64,000 bases of DNA from the NCBI GenBank assembly GCA_031285625.1, contig JAITVV010000080.1, positions 55,902-119,901 on the forward strand, read 5' to 3'. The position numbers and the translations under genes are program-made. The notes beneath the pieces are model-generated. The model did no database searches and was not told the DNA's origin. It was given only the letters and a program-made list of their open reading frames with translations. Origin of the DNA: Prevotella sp. (GTDB lineage Bacteria; Bacteroidota; Bacteroidia; Bacteroidales; Dysgonomonadaceae). Position 1 is the first letter of the stretch, and each line of letters starts with the position of its first letter. Positions 1-10,559 of the stretch are shown here, one piece after another.

Positions 1-1
1 A

Positions 2-712
2 ATAACCTCTGAAAGGCTTTATGATTACGAATTAGGATATAAATATGCAAATTCCATTGTTGCTTTCAGTGCCAATTTTTATTATATGAACTATAAAGAT
101 CAACTGGTACAGACTGGAAAATTAAATGATACAGGTTATAAGTTGCAAGAGAATGTTCCCGATAGTTACCGTACAGGGATTGAATTGGCACTATCATATA
201 CTCCAACTTATTGGTTGCGTATGGATGGTAATCTCACTTTAAGCAGAAATAAGATAAAAAATTATACTGTTTTTTATGATTATTATGATAATCAGAGTGA
301 TTGGAACTATTTGGGACAAGTATCACAGACATATAAGTCTACCGATATTTCTTTCTCTCCTAAAGTGGTAGGGAGTTTTATGATTACATTCAAGCCATTC
401 GAAAAAGAAGATATCAGTTTTTCATTTATCAACAAATATGTTGGAAAGATGTATTATGATAATACTTCTAATTCTGAAAACCGGCTGTCAGATTACCTTG
501 TTACCGATTTTGTTGCATCTTATACTTTGGATGCTTCCAGAGTCGGTAAATTCGATTTTCAGTTCTATATAAACAATCTGGCTAGTATAAAGTATAATGC
601 TAATGCATGGGTTGATACATCCAAATTCGAAGATGGTACGCAGGCTGTTTATAAAGGAGTATTTCCTCAGGCAGGTGCAAATCTGATGGGAAGAATAAGA
701 TATAGATTCTAA
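2..712 (+). CDS. TonB-dependent receptor, C-terminal part (5' truncated), probably for thiamine or a related vitamin
   Basis: Frame is open from base 2 (ITSERLYDYELGYKY...). Beta-barrel-like sequence ending in C-terminal Phe (RIRYRF). Lies directly upstream of a PnuC-family gene. Confidence 0.8.
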   Translation: MTSERLYDYELGYKYANSIVAFSANFYYMNYKDQLVQTGKLNDTGYKLQENVPDSYRTGIELALSYTPTYWLRMDGNLTLSRNKIKNYTVFYDYYDNQSDWNYLGQVSQTYKSTDISFSPKVVGSFMITFKPFEKEDISFSFINKYVGKMYYDNTSNSENRLSDYLVTDFVASYTLDASRVGKFDFQFYINNLASIKYNANAWVDTSKFEDGTQAVYKGVFPQAGANLMGRIRYRF

Positions 713-732
713 TATCTTTTACTTACTTTTAC

Positions 733-757
733 GGAGTGCTGAAAAAGCACTCCTTTT
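733..757 (+). terminator. Stem-loop with U-tract between the TonB receptor and pnuC
   Basis: GGAGTGCT-GAAAA-AGCACTCC followed by TTTT. Confidence 0.6.
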
Positions 758-764
758 ATATATT

Positions 765-1358
765 ATGGAAATTATAAATTTTATTGAGAATAATTGGATT
801 AGTATAGCCGGTGCTATCATCGGACTTGTATTTCTTTTTCTGGAGTATAAGGCTAATGTATGGATGTGGGCTGCCAGTATTGTTATGGCTGCATTTTACA
901 TCTATATCTTTTATACTACCAGATTGTATGCCAGTATGGCGATCTATATCTATTTCTTTTTAGCATCAGTTTATGGCTGGGTTGTTTGGGTATTTCGTAA
1001 CAGGGATAGAGAAACCGGGCGTGAAATTATTACACATGTCGGAAAACGCTATATCTTACCTATTATACTGGGAGTGTTTTTCATTTCCATATTGATTTAT
1101 CTGGTTTTGGTACAGTTTAGTAATAATCTGGCATTAATTACTATTGGCGATTCTCTAACCACTTCCCTTAATATTGTCGCTCTATGGATGATTTCCCGTA
1201 AATGGGCCGAGCAATGGTTGTTGGTTATTCCTGCAAATCTTATTTCAGCAATTCTTTTATTTGCCCGGCATGACGTCATGTCAGGTTGTCTCTTCATTAT
1301 ATTCTTTCTTGTATCCATTATGGGTTATTTTAAATGGAAAGGGTTGATTAATAGATAA
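765..1358 (+). CDS. pnuC: PnuC-family (PnuT-like) vitamin transporter
   Basis: Multi-TM 197 aa with YGW..W, DSLTT.L..VA.W and EQWL motifs typical of PnuC; follows a TonB receptor. Confidence 0.85.
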   Translation: MEIINFIENNWISIAGAIIGLVFLFLEYKANVWMWAASIVMAAFYIYIFYTTRLYASMAIYIYFFLASVYGWVVWVFRNRDRETGREIITHVGKRYILPIILGVFFISILIYLVLVQFSNNLALITIGDSLTTSLNIVALWMISRKWAEQWLLVIPANLISAILLFARHDVMSGCLFIIFFLVSIMGYFKWKGLINR

Positions 1359-1444
1359 TAAGTGGTAGAATATGTTATAAAAAGGGAATATTAACAATGA
1401 GAAAAATTAAAAATACTATCTTTGTATCTATTATAAAGTAAAGT

Positions 1445-2509
1445 ATGAAGATTTTTCAGGTTATAACAGTATCTGAATATGGTGGTGCTCAAACCATTGT
1501 TGCAGATCTGGTAAAAAACCTTAGTTCAGAGAATGAACTTTATATTCTTTATGGAGGTAACGGAGAGGCATGGAGTAATCTCGGAAACAATTTTACCCGG
1601 CTGAAATTGAATGATCATCGTAAATCGGTTTCAATTAAAGATATTGGCCTTCTTCTGAAGCTTTTTTATTATCGGTTTAAATACAGACCCGATGTAGTTC
1701 ATTTACACTCATCCAAAATGGGAGTATTAGGACGCTTGGCCTTTAACAAGAAAAAAATAGTCTACACAGTTCATGGATTTGATTCTATACGTACTGCTTT
1801 CCGTAAATTCTTAACAATTGAAAAGTTATTGAAAAACAGGGCCTTCCGTATCATAGGTGTTAGCCAGTATGATGTGAATATGATGAAGGAGGAAAACATT
1901 TATAAAAATGTAGATAGAATTTACAATGGAGTTTCAGATCATTATATTCAACGAAGTGATGTAAATCCTGATGTAATAAGCAAACTGGAGGATATCCGGC
2001 AAGATTTTCCTAAAATTATAATGTGTATATCCAGAATATCCAAACAGAAAAAGTTTGATCTGTTTCTGGATATTGCAAAGCAAATGCCTCAATATGCTTT
2101 TGTGTGGATAGGTAATAAAGAGAATATGGCCGGGCTTCCTGGCAATGTATTTTGTTTAGGAGAAATGCATTCAGCTTTTTCCTGTCTGAGATATGCCGAT
2201 GTTTTTATTCTTCCTTCCAATTATGAGGGGTTACCAATGTCTATACTTGAAGCTTTGGCATTTGGAGTTCCTGTAGTTGCCTCGGCTGTAGGTGGAATTA
2301 CAGAGGTGTTGGATGGGGAAAATGGGTTTGCAGTAGAAAATAGTATTACAAACTTTGAAGATAAAATAAATCACATTTTATCTAATGAAAATATACAAAA
2401 AGAGATGTCACATAATGCAAGACAATCATATCTTGCTAACTTTACAATCGAAAAAATGGTAGGCAGCTATAAAGCTGTTTTTGACACAATCGTAGCAAAT
2501 AAAAAATGA
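1445..2509 (+). CDS. GT4-family glycosyltransferase
   Basis: GGAQ N-terminal motif, VHLHSS, YEGLPMSILEA (EX7E). Confidence 0.9.
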   Translation: MKIFQVITVSEYGGAQTIVADLVKNLSSENELYILYGGNGEAWSNLGNNFTRLKLNDHRKSVSIKDIGLLLKLFYYRFKYRPDVVHLHSSKMGVLGRLAFNKKKIVYTVHGFDSIRTAFRKFLTIEKLLKNRAFRIIGVSQYDVNMMKEENIYKNVDRIYNGVSDHYIQRSDVNPDVISKLEDIRQDFPKIIMCISRISKQKKFDLFLDIAKQMPQYAFVWIGNKENMAGLPGNVFCLGEMHSAFSCLRYADVFILPSNYEGLPMSILEALAFGVPVVASAVGGITEVLDGENGFAVENSITNFEDKINHILSNENIQKEMSHNARQSYLANFTIEKMVGSYKAVFDTIVANKK

Positions 2510-3570
2510 ATCAACCTTTGGTTTCGGTGTTAATACCTTGCTATAATGTAGAGGCGTATGTAGAAGAATCGGTATTGTCGATTCTCAATCAAACATATCC
2601 TAATCTGGAGATTATAGCTATTAATGATTGTTCTACTGACAGAACAGGCGAGTTGTTGCAAAAACTGGCTAATCAGGATTCACGCATGAAGGTTTTTACG
2701 AATGAGGAAAACCTGAAGCTTATAAAAACACTGAATAAGGGTATCGGTCTCTGTAACGGAGAATACATTGCCCGTATGGATGCTGATGATATAGCCCTAC
2801 CGGCGCGTATAGAAAAAGAAGTTAATTTTCTAGAACAGAATAGAGACCATGATATCGTCAGTACACAGTTTTTAGCCTTTCGTTCGGAAAATCCTAAAAG
2901 AAAAGATCTAAATCATAGCCCCTTACATGATTGTGAACTCAGGGCTTATATGTTGTTTCGCTCAGGAATATGTCATCCTGCTGTAATGATCAGAAGAAGG
3001 GTTTTCTCTGAACTTGGATTGAAGTTTGAAGCAGAATACTTACATGTTGAAGATTATGCATTATGGTCGGAAGCCTTATATAAAACGAAATTGGCTAATT
3101 TAGGTGAGGCATTGTTATTATATAGAGTTCATAAGCACCAGATATCTTCTATACACGAAGACCTTCAGATAGAAAATAAGAAGAGAGTCTTTAAGATTCA
3201 CTGTAATCATTTAGGCTTGCCTACAGATGAAGAATATATTAATATCTATGCATCTGTAGCTGAATGTGTGCCTTTACATTCTTCGTTTGAATACTTAGAT
3301 AGATGTGAAGCTTTTATACTCTCATTAGTACAACTGAATGAAGATAAACCATTCTGTGATGACCTTTTTTTGAAAAAAATGTTGTCAATAACATGGTTGC
3401 GTCTATGTGCCAATTCTCGTCTAGGGTTGAAGGTTGTGAAAAAATTGAAAGCCTCTTCCTTGTATAGCAAAGCTGATTATTCTTTAAGAGATTTGGCTGT
3501 TTTTTATACAAAATGTACTTTTAGACTTAGGTATAAGAAGTCCTTTATTTATAAACTTGTATTCAGATAA
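2506..3570 (+). CDS. GT2-family glycosyltransferase
   Basis: PLVSVLIPCYN, INDCSTD, ARMDADD (DxD), EDY. Confidence 0.9.
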   Translation: MNQPLVSVLIPCYNVEAYVEESVLSILNQTYPNLEIIAINDCSTDRTGELLQKLANQDSRMKVFTNEENLKLIKTLNKGIGLCNGEYIARMDADDIALPARIEKEVNFLEQNRDHDIVSTQFLAFRSENPKRKDLNHSPLHDCELRAYMLFRSGICHPAVMIRRRVFSELGLKFEAEYLHVEDYALWSEALYKTKLANLGEALLLYRVHKHQISSIHEDLQIENKKRVFKIHCNHLGLPTDEEYINIYASVAECVPLHSSFEYLDRCEAFILSLVQLNEDKPFCDDLFLKKMLSITWLRLCANSRLGLKVVKKLKASSLYSKADYSLRDLAVFYTKCTFRLRYKKSFIYKLVFR

Positions 3571-3572
3571 GT

Positions 3573-4868
3573 ATGCCAAAGTTGAAACATATTATTCCCA
3601 TGTTACTGCCATTAATAGTCATGTTCTATTATATTTATCCGCAGGCATTAGACATAAGAGGATCGTCTTTTATCTCTTTATCCGGGGTAGTTGGGCTTGG
3701 GGTATATGCATATCATCGTTTCCCGTTCAAAGAAGTGGTTTTCTTGTTATGCGGTTTTTTTGTGTTGTTCTTTACATTTTATTCTTCAACATGGATTAAT
3801 GGGGCTTACGATGATTATAGTATGAGCTATGCAAAGAGTCAGATTGCATGCTTATTTTCAGCATACCTGGTTATTTTCTTAATTTTTAAAACACATGTAA
3901 GACCCTCACTAAATACTGTTTTATTATACATCATTGCAGCTATAGCTTTACAATCTTTTCTGGCTTTTCTAATGTATATCAGTGAACCTATTGAAACTTT
4001 CCTTTTCTCACTTCAGATGCAGGTTGATTATACAGAAGAGATTAGAGAAGAGGCTGGACGGCAACGCTTGATGGGATATGGAATTGGGTTCTTTGGAGCA
4101 GGTGCGATTAGTGGGATAGCACTTATTTTGTTATCCTATCTGTTCATGAGGATGAAATTGAAAACTACAGAATTTGTGCTGCTGGCTGGACTGTATGTTC
4201 TTATTTTCTATATTGGCTTATTTATGGCGCGTACAACAATTGTGGGTATGGCCGTAGGATTTGGCGTGATAGCAGTTTTATACATTTGGGATAACCGAGC
4301 TGTAAAGAAGCAGGCTAAGACATTTGTTATTGCTTCTATTTTTTTGATGGCAGCCGGTTATGTTTTTGCAATGTTTTATTTCTCTAGTTTTTCTGACTGG
4401 GCATTTGAGTTGTTTACAAATCTGTTCGTTCATGGTAGGTTAGAAACAAAGTCATCCAGCGGATTAGCCGAAATGTTTATAATTCCTGAAGAAACATGGA
4501 CTCTTATTTTTGGTACCGGATCGTCGGCGTTTTTTGGTAGTGATGTAGGATATACACGTATTCTTTTCTATGTAGGTATAATTGGAGGATTAGCCTTCTT
4601 CTTATATCCATTGTTTATAATAAAATTGAGCATGACTAAAGACTGGGGAGTTAATATTGTAGCTTTCTCAATATATGTATATTCACTAGCCCTTAATATT
4701 AAGGGGTTGATCGAATTGAATCTTATATTATACCTTATTTTCTTTTATTTCATGTTCTATAGGTATTATATTTATTACCCTAAGCAGTACAGAATGGCAT
4801 TGAAAAGGAAAAAAATGAGAGAGGCGTATAAAAAATCTCCAACAGAAGTAATAGATATTACAAAATGA
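3573..4868 (+). CDS. Wzy-like polysaccharide polymerase or O-antigen ligase-type membrane protein
   Basis: About 10-12 hydrophobic segments, FMARTT and SDVGY motifs, position inside a glycan cluster. Confidence 0.6.
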   Translation: MPKLKHIIPMLLPLIVMFYYIYPQALDIRGSSFISLSGVVGLGVYAYHRFPFKEVVFLLCGFFVLFFTFYSSTWINGAYDDYSMSYAKSQIACLFSAYLVIFLIFKTHVRPSLNTVLLYIIAAIALQSFLAFLMYISEPIETFLFSLQMQVDYTEEIREEAGRQRLMGYGIGFFGAGAISGIALILLSYLFMRMKLKTTEFVLLAGLYVLIFYIGLFMARTTIVGMAVGFGVIAVLYIWDNRAVKKQAKTFVIASIFLMAAGYVFAMFYFSSFSDWAFELFTNLFVHGRLETKSSSGLAEMFIIPEETWTLIFGTGSSAFFGSDVGYTRILFYVGIIGGLAFFLYPLFIIKLSMTKDWGVNIVAFSIYVYSLALNIKGLIELNLILYLIFFYFMFYRYYIYYPKQYRMALKRKKMREAYKKSPTEVIDITK

Positions 4869-5572
4869 AAGAGTGTATTATATTGGCGGGAGGCTTAGGT
4901 ACGCGGCTCCAATCTGTAGTGAGTAATGTTCCTAAATGTATGGCTGAAGTGGCTGGTAAGCCATTTCTGAGCTATCTGTTTGATTATTTACAAAAAAATG
5001 ATTTTGATCACGTAATTTTAGCGTTGGGTTACAAATCTGAAATAGTTCTCCAATGGCTTGAAGGCGTAATTTATCCATTCTCTGTATCATATGTTATCGA
5101 AGAAGATCCTCTTGGTACGGGAGGGGCTATAAAGCTTGCTTTTGGAAAAGTCCAGGGAGATAAATCCTTTGTTTTTAATGGAGATACTTTTTTTGAAATA
5201 GATACTGATAATCTTTTAGAGTTTCATAAAAAGAAGAATGCTGTTATTTCATTAGCTCTCAAACCAATGCTTGACTTCGATCGTTATGGTTCGGTTGACT
5301 TGGATGAGGAACAGCGTATTATACGTTTCAATGAAAAACAGCATTGTAAAAAAGGCTTGATAAATGGAGGTGTGTATATAATTAACAAGGAGTTGTTTAC
5401 ACGTTTGGATTTACCTGAAAAATTTTCATTCGAAAAAGATATTCTTGAAGCACATTTGCTCGATATTTTGGTATATGGTTGTCAGCAAGACAGGTATTTT
5501 ATCGATATAGGTATTCCATCTGATTTCGAAAAAGCTAATCAGGAATTTAAGAATAGATATTTTGATGATTGA
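4865..5572 (+). CDS. hddC: D-glycero-alpha-D-manno-heptose 1-phosphate guanylyltransferase
   Basis: ILAGGLGTRL...PK nucleotidyltransferase motif, PLGTGGA, FIDIG; next to gmhB and hddA. Confidence 0.8.
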   Translation: MKECIILAGGLGTRLQSVVSNVPKCMAEVAGKPFLSYLFDYLQKNDFDHVILALGYKSEIVLQWLEGVIYPFSVSYVIEEDPLGTGGAIKLAFGKVQGDKSFVFNGDTFFEIDTDNLLEFHKKKNAVISLALKPMLDFDRYGSVDLDEEQRIIRFNEKQHCKKGLINGGVYIINKELFTRLDLPEKFSFEKDILEAHLLDILVYGCQQDRYFIDIGIPSDFEKANQEFKNRYFDD

Positions 5573-6107
5573 CTTTAGTAAATATAAATATTTATTCCTT
5601 GACAGAGACGGAGTGGTCAATGTAGAGAGACCTGATGATTATGTAAAATGCATTTCGGAGTTTGTATTTATAGATGGTTCTCTACAAGCCATTGCAAAAT
5701 TAACGAAGAAGTTTGATTATATTTTTATTATTACAAATCAACGGGGAGTTGGACGTAATATAATGACTCTGCTAGACTTGCAACGAGTACATGCATTTAT
5801 GTTGTCGGAAATAGAAAAGGCCGGAGGAAGAATAGCACAAATATACTTCTGTACAGATATAGACTCTACTTCTATAAACAGGAAACCTAACATTGGGATG
5901 GCTTTTCAGGCGCAACGTGATTTCCCGGATGTAAATTTCTTAGAATCAATAATGGTTGGAAATAGTAAATCGGACATTGAGTTTGGTAACAAGCTGGGTA
6001 TGTATACGGTTTTGGTTGGGGACAAATATAATGCAGACCATAAAATATACGGAGATATAGATGCATATTGCGAAAATCTGTATAAGTTTGCAGAGAGTTT
6101 AAATTGA
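5562..6107 (+). CDS. gmhB: Heptose 1,7-bisphosphate phosphatase (HAD-IIIA)
   Basis: FLDRDGVVN, TNQRG, RKPNIGM, MVG..SD. Confidence 0.85.
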   Translation: MMIDFSKYKYLFLDRDGVVNVERPDDYVKCISEFVFIDGSLQAIAKLTKKFDYIFIITNQRGVGRNIMTLLDLQRVHAFMLSEIEKAGGRIAQIYFCTDIDSTSINRKPNIGMAFQAQRDFPDVNFLESIMVGNSKSDIEFGNKLGMYTVLVGDKYNADHKIYGDIDAYCENLYKFAESLN

Positions 6108-6120
6108 TAAATACAAAATC

Positions 6121-7149
6121 ATGATTATAAGAAGTAAGGCACCTTTCAGATTAGGTTTAGCTGGTGGTGGAACAGATGTTTCACCTTATTCAGATTTGTA
6201 TGGAGGATGTATTCTGAATGCAACAATCAATTTATATGCATACGCCAATATCGAACCCCGTAACGATAACAAAATAGTATTCCGTATACCTCAGACTGAG
6301 GAAGAATATATCTTCGATGCCGCACTAGAGCTACCTATATTACATGATAAGGCCGACCTGATGAAAGGTATTTATAACAGGGTTATAAAGGATTTCATTA
6401 AGAAACCTCTGTCTTTTACCCTGACTTGTGCATTAGAAGTGCCATTTGGTTCGGGGTTGGGTACTTCATCTACTCTGGCCACTGCAATACTGGGAGCATA
6501 TACCGAATGGTTGTCGTTGCCTTTGGGTGATTATGATCTTGCTTATCTTGCATACCTTATTGAAAGAATAGATCTTGAACAGGCCGGAGGAAAACAGGAT
6601 CAATATGCTGCAGCATTCGGCGGATTTAATTTTATGGAGTTTTATGCTGAGGATAAGGTTATTGTTAATCCGTTGCGTATTCGTAATGAGATTATAAATG
6701 AACTATCAAATAACTTGCTGTTATATTATACAAACTCGAGCCGTAATTCCGGCGATATTATCGAAAAACAGCAGAAAAATGTAAAAGAACATAAGGATAA
6801 ATCTGTGGAAGCAATGCATCAGATAAAAAAACAGGCTTATGAAATAAAAGAGGCTATTCTGAAAAATAATCTGGATGAAATAGGTAATATATTACACCGC
6901 GGATGGACTTATAAGAGAGATATGGCTGATGGTATATCCACTCCGTTATTTGAAGAATTATATAATACAGCGATAGATGCCGGATCTACGGGTGGTAAAA
7001 TATCCGGAGCGGGAGGTGGAGGATATGTGTTTTTCTATTGCCCTGATAATACTCGTTTTGCTGTAGCTAAAGCTTTGGAAGGCCTCGGCGGATGGGTGCA
7101 ACCTTATACTTTTACAAAAAAAGGTTTGGAAACTTGGCATACTAAATAA
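6121..7149 (+). CDS. hddA: D-glycero-D-manno-heptose 7-phosphate kinase (GHMP)
   Basis: APFRLGLAGGGTD, GSGLGTSS, GGKQDQYAAAFGG, GAGGGG. Confidence 0.9.
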   Translation: MIIRSKAPFRLGLAGGGTDVSPYSDLYGGCILNATINLYAYANIEPRNDNKIVFRIPQTEEEYIFDAALELPILHDKADLMKGIYNRVIKDFIKKPLSFTLTCALEVPFGSGLGTSSTLATAILGAYTEWLSLPLGDYDLAYLAYLIERIDLEQAGGKQDQYAAAFGGFNFMEFYAEDKVIVNPLRIRNEIINELSNNLLLYYTNSSRNSGDIIEKQQKNVKEHKDKSVEAMHQIKKQAYEIKEAILKNNLDEIGNILHRGWTYKRDMADGISTPLFEELYNTAIDAGSTGGKISGAGGGGYVFFYCPDNTRFAVAKALEGLGGWVQPYTFTKKGLETWHTK

Positions 7150-7155
7150 AGCTGA

Positions 7156-7989
7156 ATGAAAATAGCAGTTCTTATACGTGTATATGACCGGATTGAAGAT
7201 TTGAAATATAACCTTCAGATCATATCAGATACATGGAAGGAAAATGATTATTATATTATTGTTGTAAGCAATGGAAGGAGCAACGGCTTCGAGGTCTTAC
7301 CGGAATCATTACCTTTTATCGATAAGTTTATCGTCTTGGAGCAGAATGCAGGACATCGTAAAGGTAACTCCCAGTTGCTGATGGAAGGTATTAAGGCTAT
7401 TCCTGCTGATTGTGCTTTTACACTGATACTCGAAGCTGATACTTGGATGTATGGTGATACCATTATATCTAAGTATACAAGCCTCCTGAAGAACTCCAAA
7501 GCTGTATGGGCCAGTGCAGACTGGTACGATAAATATTACGCATTAGCAACAGATTTTGCAATCGTAAAAACAGATTATATCAGACTAAATCCGGGTATAT
7601 TCGATTTTGAACTTTTCCCTGAATGCCATATAACTAATTTTTTAAGAGATACTAATGCGGATTTTATATGGATAACGGAGAATATGCCGGTGCATGTACC
7701 TAGTTATGTAAATTATAAATATCCATATGTACCGAATATAAAAGAAGGCCGTTTTTATGTTTTTCCAAAATCGAAAACGGTTACACATCATATCGAATTT
7801 CTAAAAGGAGGTATGTATCAAAAGAAGGGTTATTTCAATATAATAGCCAATTGTGATTATTTCTCTAATATCAAGACTGGTAATAAAGGATGGAACCGGT
7901 TTAAGATGAGGTTTTGGACTGGATTGACGAAGCTTTTTATTAAGAGGAGCTGGTATAGTAAGAAGACATATAAAGATATTGAAGAATAG
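7156..7989 (+). CDS. Divergent GT-A-fold glycosyltransferase-like protein
   Basis: GT2-like N-terminus (KIAVLIRVYDRIEDL), EAD motif at the DxD position, cluster context. Confidence 0.5.
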   Translation: MKIAVLIRVYDRIEDLKYNLQIISDTWKENDYYIIVVSNGRSNGFEVLPESLPFIDKFIVLEQNAGHRKGNSQLLMEGIKAIPADCAFTLILEADTWMYGDTIISKYTSLLKNSKAVWASADWYDKYYALATDFAIVKTDYIRLNPGIFDFELFPECHITNFLRDTNADFIWITENMPVHVPSYVNYKYPYVPNIKEGRFYVFPKSKTVTHHIEFLKGGMYQKKGYFNIIANCDYFSNIKTGNKGWNRFKMRFWTGLTKLFIKRSWYSKKTYKDIEE

Positions 7990-7997
7990 TTTGAATT

Positions 7998-9449
7998 ATG
8001 ATATTCTCATCATATAGTTTTATTTTTATCTATTTACCTATTGTGCTTTTGTTATACTTTGGTATGGCAAGGTATGTAAGCCGGAGATTTCAGCAGATTT
8101 TTCTTATTCTGGCATCTTTGGTATTTTACGGAGCACTATTTTTTCAGGGTTTTAATCATTTATGGTATATCTGGCTTATTCTTTCTTCTGTTATAGTAAA
8201 TTATACTATAGCCAGTGGAGTTGAGAATATAAAGAAACCTCTTACCCGGCGGGTTACTTTTACTATAGGAGTCCTGTTTAATGTCTGTTTATTAGGATAT
8301 TATAAATATTATAATTTTTTTCTGGAGAATGTAAACTATACTTTTGGTACAGAGTATATTATAAAAGAAATTGCATTACCTATCGGGATCAGTTTCTTTA
8401 CATTCCAGCAAATAGCTTTTTTAATCGGAGTTTGGAAGAGAGAAGAACGTGTCCCTAACTTCTGGGATTATACTCTCTTTATTGTATTTTTCCCCCAATT
8501 GGTAGCTGGTCCTATAGTTTTCTTAAAGGATGTGTTGCATCAATACCAGGATAGCCAGAATCGCTTCTTTAATAGTGAGAATTTCTCAGCCGGACTCTTC
8601 ATTTTTGCAATTGGACTTTTTAAAAAAGCCGTTATTGCAGATACAATAGATAGTTTCGTCTTCTATTCTTATCTAACGCCAGAAAAACTTTCATTCGGAA
8701 CTTCCTGGCTCGCTTCTTTATCCTATTCGTTTCAGATATATTTCGATTTTAGCGGATATTCCGATATGGCTATCGGCTTGGCTAAGATGATGAATATAAA
8801 TCTTCCTGTCAATTTTTATTCACCGTATAAATCAGTAAGTATTACTGAGTTTTGGAAACGGTGGCATATTACATTAGGGAGGTCTTTAGCTGTACTTATT
8901 TATTTCCCTTTAGGAGGAAATAGAAAAGGAGCAGTACGTACATGTCTTAATCTTTTTGCTGTGTTTTTTGTTAGTGGTGTATGGCATGGGGCAGCATGGA
9001 CATTTATTGTATGGGGAGTAGCTCATGGAGTTGTGCGCGTTTTTGAAAAACTATTTATTAAGCAGTTAGAAAAAATACCAGATTTGATAAGGATTTTCTT
9101 TACATTTATGTTTGTCAATGCGGCGTGGGTCTTATTCAGGTCTCCAACCTTTGATACCGCATTGATTATGTTAAAGAAAATGTTCATGCCGGATAGTTTC
9201 AGTTTTGCCGGCATATCCGATATGGCATATAATACAAGTATAACATATCCTGAAAACATAGCAGTGGTGTATGTTCTGGCTATCCTTGCTATAGTGGCGG
9301 CATTGATATTTTTATATCCAAAGAATAGTATTGATAAATATAATGAGTTTAAACCTACAGTAAAAAATGCTTTCGTTATAGCTGTGTTGTTCTCTGTATC
9401 TGTTGTCCATTTTTCTAGGGTAGGAGCTTTTATATATTTCAATTTTTAG
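7998..9449 (+). CDS. MBOAT O-acyltransferase (AlgI/DltB-like)
   Basis: LPIGISFFTFQ, FFPQLVAGPI, DFSGYSDMA, FWKRWHITL, SGVWHGA. Confidence 0.92.
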   Translation: MIFSSYSFIFIYLPIVLLLYFGMARYVSRRFQQIFLILASLVFYGALFFQGFNHLWYIWLILSSVIVNYTIASGVENIKKPLTRRVTFTIGVLFNVCLLGYYKYYNFFLENVNYTFGTEYIIKEIALPIGISFFTFQQIAFLIGVWKREERVPNFWDYTLFIVFFPQLVAGPIVFLKDVLHQYQDSQNRFFNSENFSAGLFIFAIGLFKKAVIADTIDSFVFYSYLTPEKLSFGTSWLASLSYSFQIYFDFSGYSDMAIGLAKMMNINLPVNFYSPYKSVSITEFWKRWHITLGRSLAVLIYFPLGGNRKGAVRTCLNLFAVFFVSGVWHGAAWTFIVWGVAHGVVRVFEKLFIKQLEKIPDLIRIFFTFMFVNAAWVLFRSPTFDTALIMLKKMFMPDSFSFAGISDMAYNTSITYPENIAVVYVLAILAIVAALIFLYPKNSIDKYNEFKPTVKNAFVIAVLFSVSVVHFSRVGAFIYFNF

Positions 9450-9452
9450 ATT

Positions 9453-10553
9453 ATGGAAACACCGGAAAATAAATATTCATATAAGCGATTCCTTGCTGTT
9501 GTTTCTGTATCAACTATTTTGCTGTTGTTGGTTATAGGCTTAGCGAGTTATATTGTTGATCCGTTTTTCCAGTTCAGGGTTAAAAATGATAATCATTACT
9601 TCTTGAATCCCTGGCTTGTTAATGGCGGGTTGGCAAAAAATTATGATTATAATACAGTAATATTGGGCTCGTCGATGGTTCAGAACTATGACCTGTCTGT
9701 ATTAAGAAAAAAAGACTCATCGGTAAGACCTGTAAAATTATCTTCAGGAGGGATGAACAATGAGGAAATGAAGTACCTTTATTCATTTGTAAAGAAAGAT
9801 AGTGTAAAGTCTTTTATCATCAATATTGATGTCCCTCAACTAAATCTAGGTTTCGAAGAAGTGCGCTTTCCCAAATTTTTGTATGATAATACATTCAAAA
9901 ACAAAATGGAATATTTGTATGGTTATGAAACCTGCATCCGCTTTATACCTATAGATATAGCTTTGTCATTATATCTTAAGAATAAAGATGTTGAAAGTTT
10001 ATCACCTACTTATAGGATGAAAACAGATATAGATCAGATAGGGAATAATAGCCACCAAAATATATATGATGCTGATTATGTAAAAGATATGTACCTTAGT
10101 GGCCGGACGGTCTCTGTACAAAACCTGGAAGGAATACATGAACGTATGCATCAAAAACTTGATACATTACTAGCCAGTATGGATTTGGATAATTATAAAC
10201 ATATTGAGTATACATTTGTTTTATCTCCATATTCGGCATTGTATTGGTATCACACTCGCAAAGAGGGCTATTACAACCATTTTTTGGACTTTGTTTATTA
10301 TCTGAACGAATCGGTAGGGAAGCATGATAATGCTAAACTTATGTTTTTCTTCGACTTGGACGAAATACTGGATCTGAATTATTATACAGATGTATCACAT
10401 TTTAGTCCGGCTTTATCAAATAAAGTACTTGATAATGTATATAACCCGGAATATGAACTCAATGCATCGAATATTGATTATAAAATCCAACGATTAGATA
10501 GTCTGGTGAATGTATTTGTTGAAAAAAATAAGGATTGGCTACCTAAAAATTAA
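9453..10553 (+). CDS. Membrane-anchored SGNH-like partner of the MBOAT (AlgJ/DltD-like)
   Basis: N-terminal TM then VDPF, ILGSS and C-terminal DxxH (TDVSHF); 3 bp after the MBOAT gene. Confidence 0.6.
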   Translation: METPENKYSYKRFLAVVSVSTILLLLVIGLASYIVDPFFQFRVKNDNHYFLNPWLVNGGLAKNYDYNTVILGSSMVQNYDLSVLRKKDSSVRPVKLSSGGMNNEEMKYLYSFVKKDSVKSFIINIDVPQLNLGFEEVRFPKFLYDNTFKNKMEYLYGYETCIRFIPIDIALSLYLKNKDVESLSPTYRMKTDIDQIGNNSHQNIYDADYVKDMYLSGRTVSVQNLEGIHERMHQKLDTLLASMDLDNYKHIEYTFVLSPYSALYWYHTRKEGYYNHFLDFVYYLNESVGKHDNAKLMFFFDLDEILDLNYYTDVSHFSPALSNKVLDNVYNPEYELNASNIDYKIQRLDSLVNVFVEKNKDWLPKN

Positions 10554-10559
10554 TTAGAT

